64,000 bases of DNA, taken from Eledone cirrhosa. Lineage: Eukaryota. The position numbers and the translations under genes are program-made. Positions 50,296 through 63,264 of the stretch are shown one piece after another (position 1 is the first letter of the stretch; each line of letters begins with the position of its first letter). The DNA lies in NCBI GenBank assembly GCA_964016885.1, contig CAXHJY010000991.1, forward strand, positions 1-64,000, in the 5' to 3' direction. The notes below the pieces were generated by a model. The model saw only the letters and a list, made by a program, of their open reading frames with translations, searched no databases and was not told the origin of the DNA.

Positions 50296-50301
<6 letters not shown>
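45843..50301 (-). mobile_element. Full-length PLE family A (Neptune-like) in partial tandem: an upstream truncated unit (49533-50301) supplies the 5' terminal repeat
   Basis: Direct repeat 45843-46615 vs 49533-50301. HHRs at 45986-46030 and 49674-49718. (TA)n flanks. Confidence 0.92.
46233..49557 (-). pseudogene. PLE RT + GIY-YIG ORF with several stops and frameshifts
   Basis: Starts MTLPKYNN inside the repeat. DKSG, LYGLRKDHK, SMDVVSLYP, Q.EG.AIG, YSRYVDD, LPVLD, C....C..C...C, VVY..YIGET. Confidence 0.9.
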
Positions 50302-50333
<32 letters not shown>

Positions 50334-51769
50334 TATATATATATATACACATATATATATATATATATACACACACATATATATATATATATATACACAC
50401 ACATATATATATATATATACATATATACACAGAGAGAGAGAGAGAGAGAAGTTGGAAATAGCACGAACTTTTTTTAATTTCCCACCACAAAGAGACCTGT
50501 AACAGACAGGCTGAAACACACACATACAACCCCCCTCCCCGCCGACACACACACTCATGTGTGTACTGTTATAAATACACCCTCACACAATACACACACT
50601 CCCTAAAACCATATTCGAATAATAGAATTGCTTTTACAACCCTACTGCTGCCATAGAATTTGTGTCTAGCTTACAATTCCACTTCCCCATTAGAACTCTT
50701 GAACAGTCAATTAACACAAGCAGATATTCACACACATATCTACAGAATATTTTCTTTGCCCCCAAAAAACAATTTTGTTCTGTGAACAAACACAATTACT
50801 GTCACTGCTGCTACTATCATGACTACACACTCCTCTCTCACTATACACAAGAACTCATTCTCTAGTCCACTTCTGAGCAAGGAAGATGAGAAAAAAACAC
50901 TACTTTAATATTTAGTTATTGATTCCTATTAATTCTTTTTAATTGCAATACACAGCATTTGATAAGATGAATTTTAATAATACATCGAAACCCGTAATAC
51001 TTTATATACTTTATATACATTATAATATTCTTTTTTAAAAGAATTGTACCTCTCATTTTTTCAATAATGTCATCTTTTCAATAATGTCACTTTGACGAAT
51101 AGAGAAAAGAAAACAAGAAAAACAGACCCTAAAATATATTTTCCGTGCTATTTCCAACTTCACCTTTTCTCTATATCCACTGTTTTGTATAGAACCTTAC
51201 TTCCCTTTTCTAATACATATATATATATATATATATATAAATTTTTACGTATATGTGTGTGTATGAAAGAAATTAGATTTACATATAGACATTCACACAC
51301 ACGTAGCACACCAAATGCATACAGAAACACATACATTTAACTCATGTCACTGTTTTAAGGTAATCAATACTTGCAACCCTCAGGCATTTTCTTTAAACAA
51401 ATAAGTAAAGGTAATTCGCTGAATACATCGAAATATATTCAACTGTTCTTTATATATTTAATTGGTATCAAGGGCTAATTGAACAATTATACCAGTGTCT
51501 ATTAGAAACTTAAATATAGACATCGAGAACCTAAATAAATGTTGAAATCGATGCACTGTAAGAGCATTTTCAAATAATTGTTTATATGTAAATATCTCCT
51601 GGGACATACATACGTACACGCACGCACACACACACATATATATAGGTATTTATCAATTATAATATGTATATAGATATATATAGATATATACACATACATA
51701 TATATAAAAATACCTACTCTATTTATTTATAAATTACTTTGGCTTAAATGAAAATATTTACGTTGCAAA

Positions 51770-51773
51770 TATA

Positions 51774-51824
<51 letters not shown>

Positions 51825-51860
51825 ATATATATATATACATATAAATATATATATATATAA

Positions 51861-51891
<31 letters not shown>

Positions 51892-51892
51892 A

Positions 51893-51924
<32 letters not shown>

Positions 51925-52034
51925 GCATACATATAAATATATATATATATAAACGTATATATATATATATATATATATGCATACATATAAATATATATAT
52001 ATATAAACGTATATATATATATATATATATATGC

Positions 52035-52069
<35 letters not shown>

Positions 52070-52488
52070 TATATATAAATATATATATACAAACGTATAT
52101 ATATATATATATATAAATATACATTAAATACATATATATATATAAATACATACGCACACACATACACACTCATATATATATATATGTGTGTGCGTGTGTT
52201 TATATTTGCATTGTTAATAATCTCGTTTAACCCAAATTACTTAATCAAAATTAGAGTAGATATATTTTCAATTATTAAATTATTAATGAATCACAGATAA
52301 GAAATGGAAGCTGATCTAAATGTGTTTACTTTTTGTTCTTTATCCTATTCTTGGCTATCATCACTTTACTTTAATCAATATATATATATCTATATATATA
52401 TCTATATATATATATATATATATATCTATATATATCTATATATATATCTATATCTATATATATCTATATATATATATATATATATATA

Positions 52489-52543
<55 letters not shown>
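51770..52543. repeat. (TA)n and (TATC) microsatellite blocks
   Basis: Directly visible. Confidence 0.9.
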
Positions 52544-53077
52544 ACAACAGAACAAATGCGAATAAATAAGGAAAATATGTTTATTCAAAAATATAGACCA
52601 ACATTAAATAAGGTTTAATATACATTATGTCAACACCACAATATGACATACACACACACACATAACACCTTCTACTTTAGAAAATAAAAACCCGAACTAA
52701 ATAAACCTTAAACATACCTTTGAACTGGCAATACAATAGCAAAGACGAAAAAGTCACGAAAATATGTTCATTCAAAAATATTCCTACTAAAGGAATCATT
52801 TTCCTACACACACACATACACACAATATATATATATATATATTCTCTTCATCTTAACATGCTAACCATACTCCCACACACATAACACCCATACACACACA
52901 TAACAACCCCCACACCTACAACACCCTCCCCATTTCTACTAATAGAACCACTTTCCTACACACATATATATATACACACACACAAAATATATATTCTCTC
53001 TATCTAACATACTCGCACACACACACATAACACACAACTCCCTCCCCCATCTCTACTAATAGAATCATCTTCCAATA

Positions 53078-53125
<48 letters not shown>

Positions 53126-53637
53126 AGCACACAAATAAACACATATCTTCAGTCTCAATAGAAAATCTGAACTCTGACACCTGAACTCTGACAGCTGGCC
53201 ATATTCACTGAACCAGAACATTTCTCCCAATCCCTTTTCCCTTGACCACTATCTCTCCATTGTCATAACATTCACTATAAAGACTACAGAATAGTTTTCC
53301 AAATAAGGGCGCAAAAATGTAATGAAAACTTGTTCACGTGACAGCAAAATTTCATTTATAACCAACCAAAAAAAAGCCTTCGTGAGCCTCATTTTTTCAA
53401 GTAAAAAGAAATTCAAACACTCATATATGAAAAAACAACCTGTGACACCCCCCCCCCTCTCTTATTTGAAGAACTATTGTAACGCGAACTGGCGCGAAAT
53501 TTATTATAATTATTGACAAACCAATCAAATTACTTCTCGAAAAACCTGGTTTTCGAGCCACTTTTTCCATATAAAACAAGTAACATTTAGAGACCAACCA
53601 GATGTGAGAAAAACCACAGACCCTCCATCTCAACTCA

Positions 53638-53675
53638 CCTTTTGAAAAGCAGAAGAACTGCGAAACCGGTAAAGG
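53638..53675 (+). ncRNA. Minimal type I hammerhead, U3-A8 variant
   Basis: cctt-TTGAAAA-gcag(aagaa)ctgc-GAAA-ccgg-TA-aagg. Confidence 0.75.
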
Positions 53676-54346
53676 AACCAAATATATATATATATTTAAA
53701 AAAAAAATAAGACTTCAGTTGCATTTTCGATTTCATCCCTTTTTCTTTATACTTCCACTCGTGTAGGACACCTCGGTTATTTTTCATTTTGTAAAAAAAA
53801 CCTTACTTTCTAATATATATATCTATATATATATATATATATCTATATATATATCTATACATATATATATCTATATATATATATATCTATACATATATAT
53901 CTATATATAGATATATATAGATATACATATCTATATAGATATATATATCAATATCTCTCTCTCTCTATATATATATATATATCTATATATCTCTATCTAT
54001 CTATATCTCTATCTCTATCTATCTATATATATATATATCTATATATATCTATCTATATATATATATATATATATATCTATATATCTATCTATCTATCTAT
54101 CTCTATCTATCTATCTCTATCTATATATATCTATCTATATCTATTTGTCTATATATCTATCTATATCTATCTATATATATATATATCTCTCTCTATATAT
54201 ATATCTATATCTATATATATCTATATATAATGATATATATATATCTATATATAATGATATATATATATCTATATATAATGATATATATATATCTATATAT
54301 AATGATATATATATATATCTATATATAATGATATATATATATATAT

Positions 54347-54392
<46 letters not shown>

Positions 54393-54395
<3 letters not shown>

Positions 54396-54660
54396 AAAGT
54401 TTTATTTAAGATTGTTGGGTTACAACGAGTAAATATTTTATAACTGATCTAAAAGCACTCAACAGTTTCTGGAGTAGGTTTACGATATTAAACAAATGGA
54501 AACTATATTTATAAAACCATGTCACTAATTATTTATAAAACAGCTTATGTATTGTATTTTGTCTGAGGAAGGCATACCATATTTTTAATATGATATCACA
54601 GAAATATATATAACGAAATAAATATGGTTTTATAAATATAGTTTCCATTTGTTTAATATC

Positions 54661-54663
<3 letters not shown>
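54393..54663 (+). mobile_element. Family C mini element: 40-bp inverted repeat (54481-54520 / 54624-54663) around an HHR at 54555-54620
   Basis: Perfect inverted arms. Homologous to 38355-38600 and 16430-16577. Confidence 0.7.
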
Positions 54664-54751
<88 letters not shown>

Positions 54752-54906
54752 TATATATATATAGAGAGAGATATATAGAGAGAGATATATAGAGAGAGAT
54801 ATATATATATATAGAGAGAGAGAGAGATATATATATATATAGATATATATATATATAGAGAGATATATATATATATATATATATAGATAGATATATATAT
54901 ATATAT

Positions 54907-54959
<53 letters not shown>

Positions 54960-55036
54960 TAAATATATATATATATATAGATATATATATATATAGAGAG
55001 AGAGAGATAAATATATATATATATAGATATATATAT

Positions 55037-55134
<98 letters not shown>

Positions 55135-55143
55135 ATATATATA

Positions 55144-55176
<33 letters not shown>

Positions 55177-55439
55177 CTATATATATATATATCTCTCTCT
55201 ATATATATATATCTCTCTATATCTATATATATCTCTCTCTATATATATATATCTCTCTATATATATATCTATATATATATATATCTATATATATCTCTCT
55301 CTATATATATATATCTCTCTATATATATATCTATATATATATATATCTATATATATATATATATATATCTATATATATATATATATATCTATATCTATAT
55401 ATATATATATCTATATCTATATATATATATATCTATATA

Positions 55440-55478
<39 letters not shown>

Positions 55479-55533
55479 ATATATATATATATATATATCT
55501 ATATATATATATATATATCTATATATCTATATA

Positions 55534-55576
<43 letters not shown>

Positions 55577-55577
55577 A

Positions 55578-55674
<97 letters not shown>

Positions 55675-55741
55675 ATATATATATATATATATATATCTAT
55701 ATATATATATATATATATATATATAATGTATATATCTATAT

Positions 55742-56077
55742 ATACATTATGAAGAGAGAAGAAACATTTAGATATAATTAGTAATAAAATGTATCATACC
55801 TAAATTCCTCTTCATGGTTATAGGGGGCTTAGCTCTGTTTCTCGACCGTTATATCGCGTGACTATCTCCCCCCTCCGCGTGTAGACGCGTTCTTGAGACT
55901 AGTAAAATGAGGTATCCTCTTGATAAGTCGGCAGACCTCGCAAGGACTCTATATCTTTGATATATTGTTTTTGTTTATGCCACGAAACTACGTAGTCGAG
56001 GAATTTAGGAACGGTTTAGGTATGATACATTTTATTACTAATTATATCTAAATGTTTCTTCTCTTTTCATAATGTAT
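55742..56077 (+). mobile_element. Mini foldback element: 63-bp inverted arms around a U3-A8 hammerhead (55915-56002)
   Basis: Arms 55742-55804 / 56015-56077. tcctc-TTGATAA-gt(c)ggca...tgccac-GAAA-ctacgtag-TC-gagga. Confidence 0.72.
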
Positions 56078-56243
56078 TTTTAACTCTGATACTGGTTCAG
56101 TCTGGTTCAAACTGAATTGGTCTGTCCCAGTCATTCATTGAGCAACATCGGTGAAGTTGGCACCCTTAACTCACAGTTGGGTGCGGATGCATTCATGTAT
56201 ATATGTGTGTGTCCGCATGTATCTGTGTGTTTCTAAATATATA

Positions 56244-56306
<63 letters not shown>

Positions 56307-56751
56307 ATATATATATCTATATATATATCTATATATATATATATCTATATATATATATATCTATATATATATATATATATCTATATATATATATATCTAT
56401 ATATATATATATCTATATATATATATCTATATATCTATATATATATATATATATCTATATATATCTACATATATATATATATATATCTTTATATATCTAT
56501 ATATCTATATATATCTATATCTATATATATCTACATATATATATATATATATCTATATATATCTACATATATATATATATATATCTATATATATCTATAT
56601 ATATATATATATCTATATATATCTACATATATATATATATATATCTATATATATCTACATATATATATATATATATCTATATATATCTACATATATATAT
56701 ATATATATCTATATATATCTACATATATATATATATATATCTATATATATC

Positions 56752-56782
<31 letters not shown>

Positions 56783-57365
56783 CTACATATATATATATCT
56801 ATATCTATATATATCTACATATATATATATCTATATATATATCTATATCTACATATATATATATCTATATCTACATATATATATATCTATATCTACATAT
56901 ATATATCTATATCTACATATATATATATCTATCTATATCTATATATATCTAAATCTATATATATCTATATCTATATATATCTAAATCTATATATATCTAT
57001 ATCTATATATATCTAAATCTATATATATCTACATATATATATATCTATATATATCTATATATCTATATATCTATCTATCTATATATATATCTATCTATAT
57101 ATATATATCTATATATCTATCTATCTATATATATATATATATCTATATATCTCTGGGATGGACACACGCGTATAACTTGCTGAGTAAGTTCTGTTTAAAT
57201 TTCTATAGAAATTCTTGTCTGATAACTTTAATTTTTGTACCATTTTGTAGAGGGACTGCCAGGTCAAACTTTGATCTGGTCAGTCTCTCAAAATATTCTA
57301 CGCCTTTAGGCGAAATAGTTAAAAAAAAAAAGTTTTTTCTTGTTGAAAAGTCAATATTTTTTTAA

Positions 57366-59157
57366 ATGGCCGAAGCTTCTTCACCAAAATTCGAAGGAGG
57401 AAAGGGGAAGATGAACTTACAGCTTCCCCCTGCCACTGTCACAGTAGCAGAGGTCAAGAAGATAGGTCAGCCAGAGGAAGAATTCTCTCCACCTGTTAAC
57501 CGACAACTTGACGTTGCCATTGCAACAACCCAAAGAACCAGCAGCAACAGCAACAACAACAACAATGCGACGGACGAAAACAACACCAATAACAATAACA
57601 ATAACAACAACAAGACCAATAACGGTGACAACAACAACAATGATAACAACAACACCACCAACGACAACAACAACACAAACAAACAAAATTTCTCCTTCGC
57701 CGAGACGACAAGGAAAACCCTCGACTATCTGCCAGTAGATATAACAAAAGCGAAGGAGCTACTGGCGGATGCGAAAAAATATATAGTGTACGGGGAAAAT
57801 GGTTCATTCACAATCCATTCCCCCCCCCCCGGAACTAAAAAGCCAGAGACTCCTAAACACGGTCATGTTTAGGACAATCTCGAACAAAAGTAAAAAACCA
57901 GCTCAACCATCACAGAGCGAGATAGAGCTGGTTTTAAAAGACGTCATGAAGGACATCACCTTCATTCAGAAGGATAGACTCTACGGGAGTCTATCCATTC
58001 TCATGAAGGACAGGGACACAGCAGTGAAACTGTCCATCAAACCAATCACATCCACCGCATACACCTTCTACCCTACGTACATGGGTAGAAGAACACAAAA
58101 AATAAAAATCCACACCATCCTGCCGATTATGGACATATGGTGGGTTTTGACAGGTTTTCTGGACCTGGAGGATGACATGCTGGTGTCCATGGGAAAGGCA
58201 TCGGGTGACGCGTTCAGTGGAACGAGCCTCGAACTTGTAGTTCAAATGAGGCCCGAAAGGATCGCCCAGATCCCTGAACGCGTCATACTGGATGATCTAA
58301 CCTTCATCAACATTACCGTTGAGGGTAGACGGCCCTCGTGTTACCTCTGCGGAACCAGAGGTCACCTGAGGGCTGTCTGTCCCCAACTTAATAAGAAAAC
58401 CCCAATCCTGCCTACACCACCAACAACTGCACAACCAACACAATCACCACAACTACCACTACAAAAACAACCACCACAGCTCAAACCAAAACAAAACAAT
58501 GTCCAACCCATCCCCTCCACTCAAAAAACAAAAACAATTTCCAAAACATCCGTACCGCAAACACAACCCGAAAATATACCCCTCCCCTCCAACGCGGAAG
58601 ATGACCCTAGTTCGTCGTCAGACGAGGAGGAGCACTTCTACACGATCAAAAGAAAAAAAAGAAAACACACCTCAGACACACAAATGAAAAAAAACCCTCC
58701 CCAAAACATAACACTGACACCAACACAAAAGAGCTCACAACAGCAAACAAAAAACACCACACAAAAACAAAAGCATGCATACACATACATAAATACAAGA
58801 AACAAAAAACTGTTAAACATTGTGTACAACAACAATCTAATAAAAACACAAGGGCCTAACTTCACCCAGGCAGGGGATTTCCCCCACCTCAAAATGATTA
58901 AGGCCCCACAGGACACCTATAAAACTTTAAAAAACAATTTTAAAGAGGACGTGGGTCCCCCCTGCGTCGGGCCCATTAACCGCGTCCTCCTAAAAAACTA
59001 TCCCACCCCCTCCCCAAACACCCTCACAACTCCAAGCTCCCCAACCACACAACACACTGATGCCCCCACACTTCCACAAACCACCACCCCACCCAACAAC
59101 CCATCCCCCACCCTAATGGAAATTGTGCAGCCCGATACCCGGGACGCAGAGAGGTAA
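57366..59157 (+). CDS. LINE ORF1 (gag-like, CCHC zinc knuckle), split by a frameshift in a C11 run at 57820-57830
   Basis: ORFs 57366-57872 and 57799-59157 overlap at the homopolymer. SFA motif, CYLCGTRGHLRAVC. Confidence 0.8.
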
Positions 59158-59181
59158 GTGCCTTTTCTCTTCACCACCAAC

Positions 59182-62100
59182 ATGGCTATGCTAAGAGTAG
59201 GCTGTTTAAATGCGCGTGGCCTGGGCTCAACTTGGAAGCAAGCAATGCTTCTAAATGACCTCAGGTCACAACGTATAGATGTGATGGTTATTTGCGAGGC
59301 CCGGATCAGCAACGTGCGACAGCTGTCCCCCACCTTTGATGACTTTGAGATGCACGCATCTCTCTGTCAGCCCGGAGGTGGGGGTGGAGTTGTCGTTCTG
59401 CTGCAAAAACATCTGGGTCTCGCAACACAGATGGTACATTTGGACCCGGAGGGTCGACTAGTGGTTCTGGACCTTGGCAGTGGTAAAGGCGGAGCGTTTA
59501 GGTTGGTAGCCGCCTACGGCCCTTTCGGGTCAATGCGGCCGGACTTCTTCCATCGTCTGGAGACTTTTCTAGGGACGTCCCGCTCCTTGCTATTAGTGGG
59601 GGACTGGAATGGTATCCTAGATGCACGCTGGGACTACGTAGGGGCCTGCCCCGATAGAGAGGGGTGTAATAGCCTCAAAGGGTTAATCGGTCGATTTGAC
59701 CTGGCCGATAGATATCGACTAGATTTTCCGACTGCGCCAACCTGGACTTGGGCAAATCGTAGCGGATCATCTAGGTCGTACCTAGATAGGTTCTTAGTTA
59801 GAATTAAGGATAAGGACTTTTTAAGTTGTCCAAAAATGCGCATGGTTGGCTATTCAGACCACAAATTAGTGACCTGCATGGTCAACCTTGACAGAACTCA
59901 TAGACAGGGCCCCGGTTACTGGAAGCTCAACTTGTCCTTGCCGGCAAGTAGAGCCTACAGGAATCGGATTAGTACGTTAGTTAAGGAACGGTTGACTGGA
60001 GCGATCGTCAACAGCAGGTGGTGGGTATCTCTAAAGAGAGAGATTAGAGTAGTCTCGATAGAATTTAGTAAGGTTCTAGCTGCGGATAGGAATAGGAAGG
60101 AAAGGGAGCTAATAGATAGAGTAGAAGAGGCAATTAGAAGCGGCGACGTGGCCAGAGTGCTAGCGTCGAGAACGGCTTTGAGCCAGTTTTTCGACGCGAA
60201 GCACGAAGGCTGCGTTGTCCGAAGTAAAATACGTGCTCTAGGGAACGAGGGGACCAAAGCTGTTAGCTGGGCCCGCGTGACAGAGGCCAACAGTGGAACT
60301 AAATCCACCATCCGGTCTTTGCGAGACCTGGATGGACGGGCGATTCTTGAGCCTAAGCAGATGTGTGAGGCCTTTCAAAGGCACTTTGCCCGACTGTTCG
60401 GGAGGGGCGGGGAGCCGGTTGGGAACGTGGACTTCGGTCCATACCTCGACGGCCTGCCGCGCCTCTCGGATAGGGAGGCGAAGTCCTGCGAGGAGCCGAT
60501 TTCGGCCGCTGTGATAGAGGACGTGCTGAGCCAATGCGGCAAACGCAAATCCCCGGGTCTCGATGGTCTTCCTTACGAATTATATCTAGCTATGCCGGAC
60601 TTGTTCCCCGATCTCCTCGAGGCGGTCTACTGCAACTGGCAACAGAACGGGAGAATTCCCTGTACTGTGACCAAGGGCGTAGTCACGCTAGTGAGGAAGG
60701 ACGAGAACAAGGGGGACGAAATAAGTAACTTCAGGCCCATAACTCTGCTAAATACAGAGTTACAGATTTTGGCCAAGGTGCTAGCAAAGAGGTTGGCGCT
60801 TGTCGTGGGCAACCTGGTGGGAGATGCGCAGACATGCGCTATCCCGTCCAGGTCCATCCATGACAACCTCCACCTCATGCGATACATCATAGAGAGGGTT
60901 GGGAACGAACCCGGCTTTGGTGGGGCTCTGATCAACTTGGATCAATCTAAGGCGTTCGATAGGGTCGACCATGGTTACCTGGATGCGGTGCTAGCGGCGG
61001 CAGGCTTCGGACCCGTTTTCAGGGGCTGGATCACTGCTATGCACAGCAGCCGCATCTGCTCTAGGGTCAAGGTGAACGGCTACCTCTCGGAGCCGTTCAA
61101 AATCGCGCGGTCCATCCGACAAGGGTGCCCTCTCTCCTCCCTTCTGTATGTGTTGACTCTCGAGCCACTACTGCGGAAGTTGGAGTTGTTGCAGGGCATC
61201 CCTTTGGAACCGGGATTGCGGAAAGCGGTGTCGGCCTACGCCGATGACGTGACAGTAATGGTGTCGACGGCCTCCGAAATCGAGGCGGTCGGCACCTTAC
61301 TGGAGGAGTACGAAAAGTTCACAGGGGCTAAGCTGAACCGGGACAAGTCGATCGGTTTGCAACTCGGCACGTGGAGGGGCAGACCGATGCCCTCCGATAG
61401 CGTCGTCGGGCGCTGGACGGAGGGCCCGGTGAAGTTGCTCGGGGTCTGGTTCGGACCGGACCTCCAGGTGGAGAAAAACTGGGCGGAGGTTACGAACAGG
61501 GTGTTTGCACTGACCCAGAAGTGGGCCAGTTGCAAACTATCCCTGAAAGGTCGGGCGGAGGTGGCGAACACCTACATAGCGTCCGTCATCTACTACCGCC
61601 TGACCGTAGTGCCCTGCCCAAGGGAAACCCTCACCAAGATGGAGCGCGCGCTCTTCCAATTCCTTTGGAAGAGGCGGGCTCCTATGGTGAGGAGATCCAT
61701 CTGCTGTCAACGCCCTTCGAAAGGAGGGCTGGGGATGCCGTGGCTAATGATGCGTAAACACGCATTAAGGCTACGGCACCTCTACGTATTCCTCACCGGA
61801 CAACCGGTGTGGGCCTCGTTTGTGAGACGAACCTTTCCCAGACTCGTCTCACTCACCGAGCTGCAATCCTGGGTCAAGCAAAGACCGAGAAAACTGGGCG
61901 CCTGGCACACTGAGTGTGCCCAGGCGCTCACCGCCCTCTGGCAGGCGGATCCGGTTGTCAGTGGAGACTCCACCGCAACATTCTATAGAGGGCTGGTACG
62001 CAGCAGGTGCGACGACGCCCTCGGAGAAGCCCTAGACATGGAGGAGGACGAACTGGCCAGCCTGTTCGGTAGGACATTCAGCCCGGGACCTATGGACAAC

Positions 62101-62619
62101 TTCCAGAAGTCCCTGGCCTGGCAGTGCTACCGAGGGGCTTTACCCGTTCGAGAAAGGCTCTACAGACACGGGCGCCCGGGTAGGGACCCCGCCAAAAAGA
62201 TCTGTCCCAGATGCGTGTGCGACGAGGAAACCGTTGCACACGCATTAGTACACTGCTCGGGCGTAGCCGATCTGTGGGGCTATGTCGAACAACTGCTGTC
62301 AAGGGTGGGACCGATCCGGTTGACCACCGAGTCTATTGTAATGATCAAGCCGCCTCCCCCCTTCAAAGATGAAGCAGAGGCGGTGTTTCTGTGCGTAATA
62401 GCCATGGCGAAAGAGGTTGTATGGTGGACGCGTCTGAAAGGACTGAGGTCGGGCACCTTTCTCTCTGGCCAACAACTGGTCCGTTTCTTCCGATATCATT
62501 TCGGAAGAAGGATCAGGATGGAGAGAGAGGTGCTGCACCCCAGCCGTTTCTATGAAAGATGGGTGAAAGTGGCGAGAATGGCCCGTGTGAATGGGCCTTC
62601 ACTCTACATCAGACTATAG
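59182..62619 (+). CDS. LINE ORF2: APE endonuclease + reverse transcriptase + C-terminal CCHC
   Basis: LNARGL, GDWN, YLDRF, SDH, YWKLN, KSPGLDG, FRPITLLN, DQSKAFD, QGCPLS, YADD, GGLG, CPRC....ET..H...C. Confidence 0.96.
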   Translation: MAMLRVGCLNARGLGSTWKQAMLLNDLRSQRIDVMVICEARISNVRQLSPTFDDFEMHASLCQPGGGGGVVVLLQKHLGLATQMVHLDPEGRLVVLDLGSGKGGAFRLVAAYGPFGSMRPDFFHRLETFLGTSRSLLLVGDWNGILDARWDYVGACPDREGCNSLKGLIGRFDLADRYRLDFPTAPTWTWANRSGSSRSYLDRFLVRIKDKDFLSCPKMRMVGYSDHKLVTCMVNLDRTHRQGPGYWKLNLSLPASRAYRNRISTLVKERLTGAIVNSRWWVSLKREIRVVSIEFSKVLAADRNRKERELIDRVEEAIRSGDVARVLASRTALSQFFDAKHEGCVVRSKIRALGNEGTKAVSWARVTEANSGTKSTIRSLRDLDGRAILEPKQMCEAFQRHFARLFGRGGEPVGNVDFGPYLDGLPRLSDREAKSCEEPISAAVIEDVLSQCGKRKSPGLDGLPYELYLAMPDLFPDLLEAVYCNWQQNGRIPCTVTKGVVTLVRKDENKGDEISNFRPITLLNTELQILAKVLAKRLALVVGNLVGDAQTCAIPSRSIHDNLHLMRYIIERVGNEPGFGGALINLDQSKAFDRVDHGYLDAVLAAAGFGPVFRGWITAMHSSRICSRVKVNGYLSEPFKIARSIRQGCPLSSLLYVLTLEPLLRKLELLQGIPLEPGLRKAVSAYADDVTVMVSTASEIEAVGTLLEEYEKFTGAKLNRDKSIGLQLGTWRGRPMPSDSVVGRWTEGPVKLLGVWFGPDLQVEKNWAEVTNRVFALTQKWASCKLSLKGRAEVANTYIASVIYYRLTVVPCPRETLTKMERALFQFLWKRRAPMVRRSICCQRPSKGGLGMPWLMMRKHALRLRHLYVFLTGQPVWASFVRRTFPRLVSLTELQSWVKQRPRKLGAWHTECAQALTALWQADPVVSGDSTATFYRGLVRSRCDDALGEALDMEEDELASLFGRTFSPGPMDNFQKSLAWQCYRGALPVRERLYRHGRPGRDPAKKICPRCVCDEETVAHALVHCSGVADLWGYVEQLLSRVGPIRLTTESIVMIKPPPPFKDEAEAVFLCVIAMAKEVVWWTRLKGLRSGTFLSGQQLVRFFRYHFGRRIRMEREVLHPSRFYERWVKVARMARVNGPSLYIRL

Positions 62620-62901
62620 GTGAGGAAGATGAAAGACCAAGGGAGCACCCATTCTCTGTGCTCCTGAGGAGAAGGGTTGCACACTTTTTTCGGGGGTGTG
62701 TGCGACCCCCCAAGGCGCCTCCTCTCTATTGAGGATTTTGTTAAAAATTTTATTTTTTGTTATATCTTATTTTATTTTTATATTTTGTTATTGCCTCCTC
62801 CTTATTGAGGACGCCTTTTTGTGTAAACTCCCCCCATTGTACTTGTCCCACTTTTGATGCCCTAGTGGCAAATAAAAGAAATATATCTATCTATCTATCT
62901 A

Positions 62902-62976
<75 letters not shown>

Positions 62977-62994
62977 ATATATATATATATATAT

Positions 62995-63111
62995 ATAGGA
63001 ACCAGTAAGACCCCGACAGCTGAGCTCAAGCCGTTTCGACGGCTAATTCTGGACTAGAATTAGCCATCGAAACGGCTTGAGCTCAGCTGTCGGGGTCTTA
63101 CTGGTTCCTAT
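62995..63111. repeat. 117-bp near-perfect palindrome
   Basis: Arms are reverse complements with one internal mismatch. Centre aattct-ggact-agaatt. Confidence 0.92.
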
Positions 63112-63187
63112 TACCCACTCTACTACCTCAAGTATTGAGTACTTTGGTGCGTTATGGTCCACCTGGTTCCTTACCACATTTCCTTCG

Positions 63188-63260
<73 letters not shown>

Positions 63261-63264
<4 letters not shown>

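Larger units (their letters stand above)
53812..57150. repeat. (TA)n/(TATC)n/(GA)n arrays hosting two short foldback HHR elements
   Basis: Directly visible. Confidence 0.93.
57151..62881 (+). mobile_element. Near-intact Tx1/L1-clade LINE inserted in TATC/TA microsatellite
   Basis: 5'UTR, ORF1, ORF2, T-rich 3'UTR, AATAAA at ~62870 directly before (TATC)n. Confidence 0.92.
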
